NCBI GenBank assembly: GCA_000965745.1
Contig: CP009479.1
Span: 576,001-640,000, forward strand
DNA length: 64,000 nucleotides
From: an uncultured archaeon
GTDB lineage: Archaea; Thermoplasmatota; Thermoplasmata; Thermoplasmatales; Thermoplasmataceae
Reading direction: 5' to 3'
The notes beneath the pieces were generated by a model. That model saw only the letters and a list, made by a program, of their open reading frames with translations, had not been told where the DNA came from and ran no database searches. Positions 1 to 9,986 of the stretch are shown piece after piece (the stretch's first letter is position 1; every line of letters begins with the position of its first letter). Position numbers and translations under genes: made by a program.

Positions 1-1
1 A

Positions 2-229
2 GGTTTTGGAGATGCTCCAACCACACAGCAGGTTTTGACACTGATGGGGTCATCCGGATGGAACATTAACTGGGTGAACTGGTGGGGAAGCGCTTCCGTC
101 ATACCACATGAGCTTAAACATGGTCAATCTTTCACCTACGACCTGTATATCGGCCTTGGAGATCAAGCTGCATACAACATACCCGACCAGTATTTCAGTC
201 TGAACGTGTTTATGCCTCCTGCCAGATAA
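2..229 (+). CDS. C-terminal part of a hypothetical protein (truncated by window edge)
   Basis: Frame is open from base 2 to the stop at 229 and is followed by T-rich tracts. Confidence 0.55.
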   Translation, partial: GFGDAPTTQQVLTLMGSSGWNINWVNWWGSASVIPHELKHGQSFTYDLYIGLGDQAAYNIPDQYFSLNVFMPPAR

Positions 230-440
230 TCATTGATTTTTTGGGGCTTTTGCCCTCTTCCCATTTTTTGTTTGCCCTGGCGGCTGAGCAGTTCCGGGAA
301 TCCGGAAAAGATTAGTCATGATTGTTCTAGATGATTGTTACATGTATGAATTGCAGAATATTCCTCTTGCTTGCGTGAGCAGCAGCAATTAACAATGGAT
401 TGATCTCGCTGTTAATGGTGGGTTGCGATTTATGCTGCTT

Positions 441-1175
441 TCATAATCTCATGTGCTTTCCGTTGACGGAGTCATAATAATGCAGTTTCTCCATTATATT
501 GCTGCCAACTTTGGTGATACGGTATACCTTCTTGTTTTCCTCGTCCCTTTTTACCTCAAGAAGTTGTTTCTTGATCATATCCCCTATTATTTCTTTGGCG
601 TTCCTGTAGTTCAGGTTGCACTTGAAAATGATCTTGGTTATTGTCGCGCCCCCAGAGTCTGAAGTAGAGGATAGTATTTCGTGAATTATCTGGGTCCTGT
701 CCCTGTATCTTTTCTTTGGTCCTCTTGAGAAACTGTTCTTCCTGTACTTAAGGGCGCCATTTTCCTCTGCCTCCGGCCCTCTCCCCCTGTAGGAATCTTC
801 ACCGGTCCTGCCATTCAACAAGATTTCCATCCCCAGGGATGTTGACAGCATCTTCTCTTCCATAGCTGGTGCTGACTCGAAAATTATGACTGCCCGGGTA
901 GAATTCACGTCCTTTGAGTGGGCGAAGAATGTAGCAATTCTGCCCATCCTGTCTTTGGCGTCGCTTTTCAGAAGCATGCATACAATCCTGTCCTCTTTCT
1001 TTGCAGAACTTATGAGAAAATCAAACTGATGCATTAGCCCCGATCTTCCTTCAACCCATGCGTTTATTGAATATGTCCAGTCATTCCCTTTCAGTTTGAG
1101 CTTTTGCAAAGCAGATACTAATGATATAGCTTCATCGAACCCTGAGCCATTCTCGTAGTAGTTATGGATCTCCAT
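441..1175 (-). CDS. Restriction-endonuclease-fold (Mrr-like) domain fused to C-terminal winged HTH; putative regulator
   Basis: N-terminal GRSGLMHQFDF; C-terminal RDRTQIIHEIL..TITKIIFKCNLNY..YRIT.G archaeal wHTH pattern. Confidence 0.6.
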   Translation of the reverse strand: MEIHNYYENGSGFDEAISLVSALQKLKLKGNDWTYSINAWVEGRSGLMHQFDFLISSAKKEDRIVCMLLKSDAKDRMGRIATFFAHSKDVNSTRAVIIFESAPAMEEKMLSTSLGMEILLNGRTGEDSYRGRGPEAEENGALKYRKNSFSRGPKKRYRDRTQIIHEILSSTSDSGGATITKIIFKCNLNYRNAKEIIGDMIKKQLLEVKRDEENKKVYRITKVGSNIMEKLHYYDSVNGKHMRL

Positions 1176-1482
1176 TGGGACACCGGCTGGCAGTAATAAT
1201 TATCTAGATTAATGCATGACTTCTACGTACTTAGAATATAAATTACTTTCCAATCAAGAACGACATGACAATGTCATACACACGTCGGAAACTGGCTAAA
1301 ATTATGCTTTTTCGGTTTCACATGGGTTTATAAATGCGTATTGTGCCAATGATGTTTCCTTTTGGTCTGACAAACTGAAATGCTGGTAAGTTAACCCATA
1401 GATTCTGAATCTTTACCAGAAAAGAAAAAATGGTTTTCCAGGATCAAAGCAAAATAATTGGCCAGAAAATGAGAGGCGGGGG

Positions 1483-2112
1483 TTACTCATATTCTACTGG
1501 CAGAGACCTTGAGAGCCATCTGGACATTCCACCAATGACGTTTCCTGCATCAAAACCATTATCCGCCATATACAAAGCGGCAGACTGGCTTCTTGAGCCT
1601 GATGCGCAGACAAGTGCATATTTCTTGTCCTTTGATAGTTCCTGCAGTTTTGCTGGAAGTTCTTCCATGGGTATTTTCAGTGAGCCGGGTATGATCCCTG
1701 AGCTCCATTCAAATGGGTCTCTCACATCTATTACCGTATAGTCATCGCTTTTCTCGTAGAGGTCTTCCGGTGTAATCTCTTTCATCTCTGCTGTTGGCAA
1801 CTGGGAGGACTCCCATCCATTCATTCCGTCTGAGATGACAGTAACAACCTTGAAGCCGTTTTTCCCGGCCTCTTCTTGTGCTGCCTTGGCGATTGTCTCG
1901 TTTGGGGCAAGAATTGCCACATCCCCAACATCATTTCCGAAATAGCTCGCTATTGCACTGCCCCATCCCGATCTGCTGTATGGTGCGCAAACCGATCCCG
2001 GTATGTGCTTCTTAGTATACTCATTTGCCAGTCTTGTATCGATGAGGAGGACCTCACCGTTGTTTATTCTCTTCCACAAAGCGTTGTAGTCAAAGTTTCC
2101 TTCTCCTTCCAT
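1483..2112 (-). CDS. Tandem rhodanese-domain sulfurtransferase
   Basis: Two rhodanese repeats (IDTR..EY...HIPGS; IDVR...EW..G.IPGS); active-site loop CASGSRS. Confidence 0.9.
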   Translation of the reverse strand: MEGEGNFDYNALWKRINNGEVLLIDTRLANEYTKKHIPGSVCAPYSRSGWGSAIASYFGNDVGDVAILAPNETIAKAAQEEAGKNGFKVVTVISDGMNGWESSQLPTAEMKEITPEDLYEKSDDYTVIDVRDPFEWSSGIIPGSLKIPMEELPAKLQELSKDKKYALVCASGSRSQSAALYMADNGFDAGNVIGGMSRWLSRSLPVEYE

Positions 2113-2874
2113 TTAATTAACCTCCATTTCTGTTCCTGTATTCACTGCCCTAATCTCCCTAGCCTCTTCAGGCGGTGGTTTAAGGAGTTTCATCTGTCTG
2201 TCGACAAACTCGTCCACATCGGATATCTTTGCAAGAAAGTTGAATTTCTTTTCATAACCTACTGTGGAGCTTGGTTTTTTGCTCATAAAGAGGCCTCCGC
2301 ATTTTGAAGCCCCGTAATGTGCCGGATAGAGTTCCGTGTAATCAGGCAGATTCAATATTTTTCTTACACTTTCGAACTGCATCCTTGAAGCTTGTATGAT
2401 TTCGTCATCTCCAGCATCCTGAAGATCAGGTCTTCCAACGTCTCCAACAAAAAGGGAGTCACCTGTCATAACAAGCATTGGATCGTCTCCCCTCTGGGTG
2501 TCCCTTACCACCAGAGAAATGCTTTCCGGTGTATGCCCCGGTGTTTCCAGGACTTCCACTTCCACTGATCCCAGAGAGAGTTTCTGTCCCTCTGAAAGAG
2601 GTTGAAAATCATAGCTCACAGCCGCCCTGGCCCCGAATGAGACCTTGAGGCCAAGGCTCTTGGCAAGTTCCCTTGCTCCTGACCTGTGGTCAGCATGAAC
2701 GTGTGTTTCCACCACATGATTTATAGTGATTCCCAGGTCCTGGGCAGTCATTATGTATTCTGTGGCCCCTACCGACTCCAGAGGGTCAACTACCATTCCA
2801 GTCCCGGTTACTTCGTCTCCGAGAAGGTAGGAATTGCATCCCAGGTTTTCGTCTCTCATGACTTTCCAAATCAT
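2113..2874 (-). CDS. MBL-fold metallohydrolase (persulfide dioxygenase/glyoxalase II-like)
   Basis: THVHADH, TPGHT, TGDSLFVGDVGRPDL, YPAH; adjacent to rhodanese. Start taken at MIWK, ORF extends to 2901. Confidence 0.88.
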   Translation of the reverse strand: MIWKVMRDENLGCNSYLLGDEVTGTGMVVDPLESVGATEYIMTAQDLGITINHVVETHVHADHRSGARELAKSLGLKVSFGARAAVSYDFQPLSEGQKLSLGSVEVEVLETPGHTPESISLVVRDTQRGDDPMLVMTGDSLFVGDVGRPDLQDAGDDEIIQASRMQFESVRKILNLPDYTELYPAHYGASKCGGLFMSKKPSSTVGYEKKFNFLAKISDVDEFVDRQMKLLKPPPEEAREIRAVNTGTEMEVN

Positions 2875-3105
2875 AGTTTTTCTACCTCCCTTACTTTGCA
2901 CATATCGAAATATTATAATAGTATTACGTAAGAATCGCTGTCACATAATATGTATAATTAATTGGGCAGAAAAGTGTTCATTTGCGGGCTGATACCCCTC
3001 TTCAGAGAATCCTTCGTCATGCCTGGTCCCTTGAAATTTGTGAAGTACACATGCCAGTCGGTGTAATGCATTAATTATTACCTTTGAATTACGGTATCTG
3101 TTCAG

Positions 3106-4062
3106 ATGATAAGCGGGAAAAAGATACTTGTTACCGGCGGTGCAGGTTTTATTGGCTCAAACATGGTTGAGCTTCTCCATAATGATAATGAGATTACGGT
3201 TGTGGATGACCTGAGTAATGTAGATGACAGGTATATCAGAAGTTTAGTTGAAAGCGGAAAGGTGATTTTCAGAAAAATCGATCTCACTGGGAAGAACAGC
3301 CTGGAGGATCTTGGCAGACAAGACCTCGTAATCCACCTTGCTGCAAATTCCGATGTGCGGGGAGGCTCTGAAAATCCAATCAAGGATCTTAACAGCAACG
3401 TAATAGGGACCATGGAGGTCCTGGAATATATGCGAAGGACTGACACTGGAGAAATAGCCTTTGCCTCAAGTTCAACAGTATACGGGGAGACTGATGTGCT
3501 TCCCACCCCTGAGACTTATGGGCCATACATGCCAATATCCTCGTACGGGGCATCAAAAATGGCGTGTGAAGGCTTCATTACAGCATACTCGCATTATTAT
3601 GGCTTCAAGAGCTCTATATTCAGGTTCGCAAATATTGTTGGAAAGAACTCCACACACGGAGTGATTTTTGACTTCATAAACAAGCTCAGAAAGAATCCTC
3701 AAGAGCTTGAGATACTGGGTGACGGTACACAGAGAAAATCATACATGCACGTTTCAGACTGTGTTGGCTCCATAATTTATGTGCATGAGAAAAGCAGCAG
3801 AACCGACATTTTCAACCTCGGCAATGACATGACAACCTCCGTGAAGAAAATTGGCGAAACTGTAATCGACAAGATGGGCCTGAAAGATGTCAGGGTCAAT
3901 TTCACTGGGGGAGTTGACGGACGCGGATGGAAAGGCGACGTGAAAATAGCACAGCTTGGAATAGAGAAGCTCAAATCCACGGGCTGGAAAAATTCGTACA
4001 CGAGTGATCAGGCAGTGGAAGCAGCTGTAGAAGAGACTCTGGCACAGCTGCCGCATTCCTGA
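3106..4062 (+). CDS. galE: NAD-dependent epimerase/dehydratase (UDP-glucose 4-epimerase-like)
   Basis: TGGAGFIG, ASSSTVYG and YGASK extended-SDR motifs. Confidence 0.85.
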   Translation: MISGKKILVTGGAGFIGSNMVELLHNDNEITVVDDLSNVDDRYIRSLVESGKVIFRKIDLTGKNSLEDLGRQDLVIHLAANSDVRGGSENPIKDLNSNVIGTMEVLEYMRRTDTGEIAFASSSTVYGETDVLPTPETYGPYMPISSYGASKMACEGFITAYSHYYGFKSSIFRFANIVGKNSTHGVIFDFINKLRKNPQELEILGDGTQRKSYMHVSDCVGSIIYVHEKSSRTDIFNLGNDMTTSVKKIGETVIDKMGLKDVRVNFTGGVDGRGWKGDVKIAQLGIEKLKSTGWKNSYTSDQAVEAAVEETLAQLPHS

Positions 4063-4084
4063 AGGTGTCCTGGGGCTGGAAGAA

Positions 4085-5128
4085 TTGAATTCAGAAGATA
4101 TCAGAACCTTTGGGTGGATTTGGAATAACAGGGCAAAATGCAGATATGACCTGTCAAGGAATGAGCTATACGAACAGGATCTCGCGTCCCTGGGAATAAG
4201 AACATCTTATGATGACTACCTTAAGGAAAAGGACCCTGAGAGGTATTTCAAGCAGACTGTGGCAGAATTGTATGGTGTGGACGAGGAGAATGTTATTCCA
4301 ACTATTGGCGGAACGGAAGCCATATTCATTGCTTCAGGGTATCTGGGGAGCCTTTCCAGGGAAATACTCATACCAGCTCCTGAGTATGAGCCATTATTCA
4401 TCGTTCCCAGAAATCTTGGAAGCAGTGTTGTCCTTAGACCCGATTTTGAAGCTGCTGAAGCATACTCCGGCGATGGATCCGCCATGCTCACTTCACCTGG
4501 AAATCCCGAAGGTGTTGAGCGAATCGAGCTCTTTGACCGGTTTTCAGAAAGGCTGGGGAAGAATTCAAGGATTTATGTGGACGAGACGTTCACTGAATTC
4601 AAGTTCAAGGACAGGCCCGATTCATTGTTCAACAGGGATCAGCGGACCATCGTGTCTGGAACCATGACAAAATTCTTCGGCCTCACGAAGATAAGAACAG
4701 GGTGGATCCTGTCGCATGAGGAAGATAGGAAAGGCATATTGAGAGTGAAATCCATGTCAAGTGCGGCGAACCCACGCTACCCTATGTGGCTGGCTGCAAA
4801 TGTCCTGAGGGGCAGGAGCCGTTTTGCCGGAATCGTGAAGAGGTTGATTCAGTCAAATCTGCCAGTGGCAGATGAATTTGTCAGCAGGTTCGACCGCCTG
4901 AGTTGGAAAAAACCTGATTCAGCCCCATTCGGTTTTGTCAGGTATGACCTCGATGTAGACTCTGTAACCCTGTGCAGCAGGATATACGAAGACACAGGAG
5001 TGCTGCTCGTGCCAGGATCTTTTTTTGGTGTAGAGCACGGATTCAGGCTGTGCTTCTTTCTTGAACCTAGCGTTCTCATAGAGGCTTTCGAAACACTCAC
5101 GCAGTATTTTGAGGATCACCTGTCTTAG
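4085..5128 (+). CDS. PLP-dependent aminotransferase class I/II
   Basis: PGNPEG, VDETF, TMTKFFGL..IR.GW, VPGSFF...GFRL. Confidence 0.85.
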   Translation: MNSEDIRTFGWIWNNRAKCRYDLSRNELYEQDLASLGIRTSYDDYLKEKDPERYFKQTVAELYGVDEENVIPTIGGTEAIFIASGYLGSLSREILIPAPEYEPLFIVPRNLGSSVVLRPDFEAAEAYSGDGSAMLTSPGNPEGVERIELFDRFSERLGKNSRIYVDETFTEFKFKDRPDSLFNRDQRTIVSGTMTKFFGLTKIRTGWILSHEEDRKGILRVKSMSSAANPRYPMWLAANVLRGRSRFAGIVKRLIQSNLPVADEFVSRFDRLSWKKPDSAPFGFVRYDLDVDSVTLCSRIYEDTGVLLVPGSFFGVEHGFRLCFFLEPSVLIEAFETLTQYFEDHLS

Positions 5129-6956
5129 ATGGGAAAGAATTGAACCATCTGATCATTTCTGTGATATACATCTCAAAATGCTTTTTCTCCCTGAAGCCGT
5201 GGCCTTCCCTCGGAAAGAGAAGCAGCCTGGCCTCTTTTCCCTTATCTTTCAAGGCCCTGTAGAACTGGTAATACTGCCCAACTGGAACGTACGGGTCTTC
5301 AATGCCGTGCATCAAAAGGATAGGTGTCTTAACATTTTCCACATACCTTATTGCAGAGAATTTCAGGAACCTGTCAAACGCATATGGGTCCTGATCATAG
5401 TGAATGCTGTCCCATGTTGCAAGGCTGGAAACTCCATGGAAACTTATCCAGTCAACGATTCCAAAGAGTGATGCTGAAGCAGCAAAACGGTCCGTTTGCG
5501 TGACCGCCCACGCGGAAATGAACCCGCCATAAGATCCTCCTGTGATGAATATCCTGTCCCTGTCCACCGGCTCATTTTCAAGAACGTAGTCGAGGCCCTC
5601 CATTATGTCCTTGAAATCCATTCCGCCCATGTCACCTCTGTTCAGTTCCGCATATTTTCTGCCCTTTCCCGTGCTTCCCCGGTAATTGGGGAGAAACACT
5701 GAAAAACCTGCTCCCATAAGGAGCGTTGAATAATCCATGAAGTTCTCGGTGCTGGCGGAAGTCGGCCCCCCATGGACTACTACCACTAATGGGGCACCTT
5801 CTCCGGCATTCCTGAAGAGTCCGTACGGTTCAACGCCATCAGTGGATTTCCACTTCACCATTTTTGAGTCATAGCTCCTGAGGCCTGAAAGATGGGAATT
5901 AACATCCGTGAGTTTTTTTGCTTCTCCATTGCCGTCAACCAGGTACACTTCCTGCGGCCTGTCTTTGGCTGTGAAGGCAAAAGCGAAAAGGCCGCCTTCG
6001 CTGGAGAACTTGGGTGAAAAAGCTGGAAGAACTGCCCCGAATGAAGACCATATGATCCTCCCCTCCCCAATGGACTGGATCTCGAATGTCCCCATATTGT
6101 TTCCAAGGGCGTAAATCACGCCGTTCGCCGTTTCCTTGAAGCAGCTGAATGATTTTTCAGCGTTTTCAGTCATATTCACTGCCTTGCCATTCTCAATGCT
6201 GCATGATATGATGTCCCCGGATTCTACTCCATTGTCGCTCATCAGGCTTTCAATAAAGAAGACCTTTGATCCGTCCTTTGAAAATGACGGAGATGAAAGC
6301 TGCCTTTTCTCCGGGGTGTACAGAGTTCGCTGTTCTCCGGTTTCAAGGTCAATCAGAGCAATCCTGGGTTCATACCATGACCAGTTATAGGGATACTCTG
6401 ACACAACAGCGGCAGCCCTGTTTCCAAGTGATGAAAAGTCCCAAACCTGAAAACCTGATGTGAGTCTTCTCATCCCGTGTCCGGGGGTGTATTTCCATAG
6501 CGAGTGGAACTTGTGGTCTTCCTCGAAGAAGTAGCCGTCGTTTCCCTCCTTCTTCTTTTTCTTCTCTTCTTTGTGGTAGTCCTCAACAAGAGCTACCATG
6601 GAAGTGTCATCATGCCATTTAAGTGAGTCTATCTTTCCATTGACCATGGAGCTTTCCTGTCCGTTGGAGTCCACGTCCCGGATGACAATATAATTTCTCT
6701 CCTTCTCGGAGCTCACATAGGCAAGCCTGGATGAATCCGGAGAAAATGAAAGAGAGGAGTTTGCTCTGCCTTCATCGGAAATGATCTCCTCTTTCCCTTC
6801 CGCGAGCTTCATGAGAATGACCCTGTTTTCAATGAGCCCCTTGAATTCCTTGTATGTATCTGATGATATGAACGCCACATATTTTCCGTCTGGTGAGAGA
6901 GTCACGTTGTTGAGTGTCTGCATTCGGAAAAAATCCTCTACTCCATGGTCTTTCAT
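5097..6956 (-). CDS. S9 family acylaminoacyl peptidase
   Basis: Propeller SPDG repeats, HGGP, NYRGS, GGSYGG nucleophile, HG.ED, EGH. Confidence 0.92.
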   Translation of the reverse strand: MKDHGVEDFFRMQTLNNVTLSPDGKYVAFISSDTYKEFKGLIENRVILMKLAEGKEEIISDEGRANSSLSFSPDSSRLAYVSSEKERNYIVIRDVDSNGQESSMVNGKIDSLKWHDDTSMVALVEDYHKEEKKKKKEGNDGYFFEEDHKFHSLWKYTPGHGMRRLTSGFQVWDFSSLGNRAAAVVSEYPYNWSWYEPRIALIDLETGEQRTLYTPEKRQLSSPSFSKDGSKVFFIESLMSDNGVESGDIISCSIENGKAVNMTENAEKSFSCFKETANGVIYALGNNMGTFEIQSIGEGRIIWSSFGAVLPAFSPKFSSEGGLFAFAFTAKDRPQEVYLVDGNGEAKKLTDVNSHLSGLRSYDSKMVKWKSTDGVEPYGLFRNAGEGAPLVVVVHGGPTSASTENFMDYSTLLMGAGFSVFLPNYRGSTGKGRKYAELNRGDMGGMDFKDIMEGLDYVLENEPVDRDRIFITGGSYGGFISAWAVTQTDRFAASASLFGIVDWISFHGVSSLATWDSIHYDQDPYAFDRFLKFSAIRYVENVKTPILLMHGIEDPYVPVGQYYQFYRALKDKGKEARLLLFPREGHGFREKKHFEMYITEMIRWFNSFPSKTGDPQNTA

Positions 6957-7646
6957 GCAAGAGTATCTGAGGAATATATTTATGGTTGCCCAAAATTCAG
7001 GGGCACTTTGGAATACCGCTGGGGAAAGCTTAATTTTAAAGGACCGTCGGTAAACACGGATCTGCTGCTCTATAAAGAGAAGTCATACCTGATCCTGCCT
7101 TCCGAAGGCGAGGAAAACAGATTCTTCGTCAGTGCTGATGAATCAGGAGTTGATTTCTTTATAGCGAGTTCGTCTGTGAGAAACTTTCAGGCGATGCGGG
7201 GATTCTTCACAAAGATGTATGACTGTTATGCCTCTGAGGAAGAGCCGGAACGAATTCAGTCTGGCGGGAGATTTGTAATGACCAACAGGAATATTATGAA
7301 GAAGTCGGCTTTCAGTTATTTCCCTGAGTTCCTGAGAAACATGATATATCTTCCTTCATCTGTGGAAGACTTAAAACTGCAGTATGAAGTGATAATCAGG
7401 TCCTCTCACAACTTCAGGAAGAGGAAGCTTTACAATTTCTGTGTCTACGTCAGGTTTGAGACAGAAGGATGGAACCCTGATGAGATGATGGTTTACGTGC
7501 GAAACGAAGTTGCACGCCTCAATAGCGAGAGAAAATGGAAAATGGGCATATCCACCAAGGGAAGAGTCAGGTTCAGGACTGATAAGTTCGATGATCCCAT
7601 GAAACTGTGTAATTTTGTCAGGATACCGATAGATGAGAAGGCATAA
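6945..7646 (+). CDS. Hypothetical protein (start uncertain)
   Basis: 233-codon ORF in otherwise unassigned space; no motif recognised. Confidence 0.5.
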   Translation: MVFHARVSEEYIYGCPKFRGTLEYRWGKLNFKGPSVNTDLLLYKEKSYLILPSEGEENRFFVSADESGVDFFIASSSVRNFQAMRGFFTKMYDCYASEEEPERIQSGGRFVMTNRNIMKKSAFSYFPEFLRNMIYLPSSVEDLKLQYEVIIRSSHNFRKRKLYNFCVYVRFETEGWNPDEMMVYVRNEVARLNSERKWKMGISTKGRVRFRTDKFDDPMKLCNFVRIPIDEKA

Positions 7647-7820
7647 CGTTTGCAGGGGAGTCATGCCTGTATACTTGGTTCTTACTGCCATGGCAAACAG
7701 ATAACATTGCCTTCGAGAAAATTAATATATATTTGACAAAAGCATTTTGAATGCCCAAGTTTTCTTCTTGAACGCTCAAGCACCGTATCTTTTAATATTT
7801 TTAACCAATACCCCTGAAGT

Positions 7821-9266
7821 ATGTCCCAGAGATTTGAACCAGAAGGTTTATGGTCTGGAAAGGAGCTTAAAAACTGGGAGAAGGATTCATTTAACTTCTT
7901 TCGTCTCTGGGGTCCCCTGATACTTGTGTCCGGAGTTGCCGGCGGTCTCGGAGCTTACGTTTTTCGCGCTCTCATCATACTTAACCAGGACATTTTCTTT
8001 GGATTCATTGGAGGGCATGGTGTTCCAGTGATCTTCCTTCCTGTTATTGGCGGCCTCATAGTTGGGCCTATCATTTACAAATATGCTTCTGAGGCCTGGG
8101 GGCATGGTGTCCCTGAGGTCATGGAATCTTTGAGGACCAGGGGAGGGAAGATAAGAAGCCGTGTAGCCATTGTCAAGATCCTAGCCTCTTCAGTAACCAT
8201 AGGGTCAGGAGGAAGCGCCGGAAGGGAAGGTCCTATTGCACAGATTGGAGCATCCGTTGCTTCTGTTGTGGGTTCTGTCTTTCACCTTGACGAGAGGTCC
8301 CTCAAGCTTATGGTAATGGCAGGCGCATCAGCCGGAATCAGCGGTACATTCAAGGCTCCCATAGGTGGTGCACTTTTCGGGCTTGAGGTCCTCAACAAAG
8401 AGATAAGGACGACGGACCTGATCGTAATGGCACTTTCATCCCTAGTTGGATATGGCGTTTCTGTAGCCCTCCTTGGACCGGGTCCGATTTTCCTTGCCCA
8501 GGATCTTCAGTTTAACGACGCGGATCTTCCATTTTATCTCCTGCTCGGGGTAATAGGAGGATTTGCATCCTACCTCTGGACAAGGAGCCTTTACGGTGTT
8601 GAAGATCTCTTTGCAAAATTCAGAATTCAGAGGAAATGGTATTCCCCGTTTCTTGGAGCATGGGTTGTTGGAGCGGTTGGCCTGATGTTCCCGGAGTCTC
8701 TGGGGCTTGGCTACAGTGTTATCAATTCTTTCTTCAAGCAGGATCTTCCTGTCCATCTTGTTACCGGCCTGGCTTTATTCATCTTTCTTCTTCTTCTTGC
8801 AAAGCTTGCAACTTCGGCATTCACCATCGGTTCCGGCGGAAGTGGAGGCATATTTTCACCTTCCCTTTTCATGGGAGCTATGCTTGGCGCTCTGTTCGGC
8901 ATGGGTGTAGACGCCCTTTTCCCCAGCATATCGCCTGGATACCTTTCATATGCGCTGGTAGGAATGTGCGTGATTTTTGCTGGATCTGCCAAGGCACCTT
9001 TCATGGCCACAATAATAGTGGCGGAAATGGCAAGGAACTTCACGATGCTGCCTGCCCTCTTTCTGGCAAGTGTGGTAAGCTACCTGATCAGCGGCCCGGG
9101 ATCAATATACATGTTCAAGGTTGAAAGGACGGTAGGGCAGAACATACCCGACAAATACCTCGGAACCCCGCAGCCCCCTGCTATGGCACTGATGATTTAC
9201 AAAGCACTCAGATCCAGGAAGGCTACAAAAACAAAGGATATCAAGCAGGTTTACAAGAACAAGTAA
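7821..9266 (+). CDS. ClC chloride channel/antiporter family protein
   Basis: GHGVPE, GSAGREGP and GGIFSPSL signature motifs; many TM helices. Confidence 0.93.
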   Translation: MSQRFEPEGLWSGKELKNWEKDSFNFFRLWGPLILVSGVAGGLGAYVFRALIILNQDIFFGFIGGHGVPVIFLPVIGGLIVGPIIYKYASEAWGHGVPEVMESLRTRGGKIRSRVAIVKILASSVTIGSGGSAGREGPIAQIGASVASVVGSVFHLDERSLKLMVMAGASAGISGTFKAPIGGALFGLEVLNKEIRTTDLIVMALSSLVGYGVSVALLGPGPIFLAQDLQFNDADLPFYLLLGVIGGFASYLWTRSLYGVEDLFAKFRIQRKWYSPFLGAWVVGAVGLMFPESLGLGYSVINSFFKQDLPVHLVTGLALFIFLLLLAKLATSAFTIGSGGSGGIFSPSLFMGAMLGALFGMGVDALFPSISPGYLSYALVGMCVIFAGSAKAPFMATIIVAEMARNFTMLPALFLASVVSYLISGPGSIYMFKVERTVGQNIPDKYLGTPQPPAMALMIYKALRSRKATKTKDIKQVYKNK

Positions 9267-9351
9267 GCTCTTCTTGCATTATTTTGCAGATTATTTTGAT
9301 GTTATGAGTATATCCTCTTCATGTATCACCTTTTTATCCGGAGGAAAAACA

Positions 9352-9960
9352 TTGAAAAATTATGACAGAGTATACAGCAGGAGGGGGCTCTATTGGAGGA
9401 ATGATCCGAACAGCCTGTGCAGGGAGGTTGTGGAAATTCTCTCCCAGGAAGATCCAAGAAGAAAAAAGGTTATTGATCTTGGTTCCGGTGAGGGGAGGGA
9501 CCTGATGCACTTTTCCCGTAATGGATTTTCTGCCACAGGAGTGGAAATATCGCTCCCTGGCATCAACAAGTCCCTAGAATGGGCGAAAGGTGAAGAGGTC
9601 GAGATTGATCTTGTACAGTCCGATCTTAACGACTTCAAGCTTGAAAGTGAGTATGGTGTTATCTACTCAAGCGGTAGCCTCACTTTCATCAGGCCGGAAA
9701 ATAGGGGCGATGCTTTTGCGGATTACAAGTCCCACACATCTCCCGGAGGGCTTAATGCATTCAACGTATTCGTTGTGAAGCCTTTCATGGGAACTGTGCC
9801 CGACTGGGGGGACAATGAGTATTTCTACAGGGAGGGCGAGCTGGCTTCCTATTATTTTGACTGGAAAATAATAAAGTCAGAAAGTGAAACTTTCAGCTGC
9901 AATTCAGGGGGACTGCGGCACACCCACGCAATGGAAACCCTTATGGCAAGAAAAATGTGA
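9352..9960 (+). CDS. Class I SAM-dependent methyltransferase (TehB-like)
   Basis: VIDLGSGEGR motif I; TTG start preceded by GGAGG. Confidence 0.85.
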   Translation: MKNYDRVYSRRGLYWRNDPNSLCREVVEILSQEDPRRKKVIDLGSGEGRDLMHFSRNGFSATGVEISLPGINKSLEWAKGEEVEIDLVQSDLNDFKLESEYGVIYSSGSLTFIRPENRGDAFADYKSHTSPGGLNAFNVFVVKPFMGTVPDWGDNEYFYREGELASYYFDWKIIKSESETFSCNSGGLRHTHAMETLMARKM

Positions 9961-9986
9961 GAATTTATGGGAGCTTCACCAGGCTC

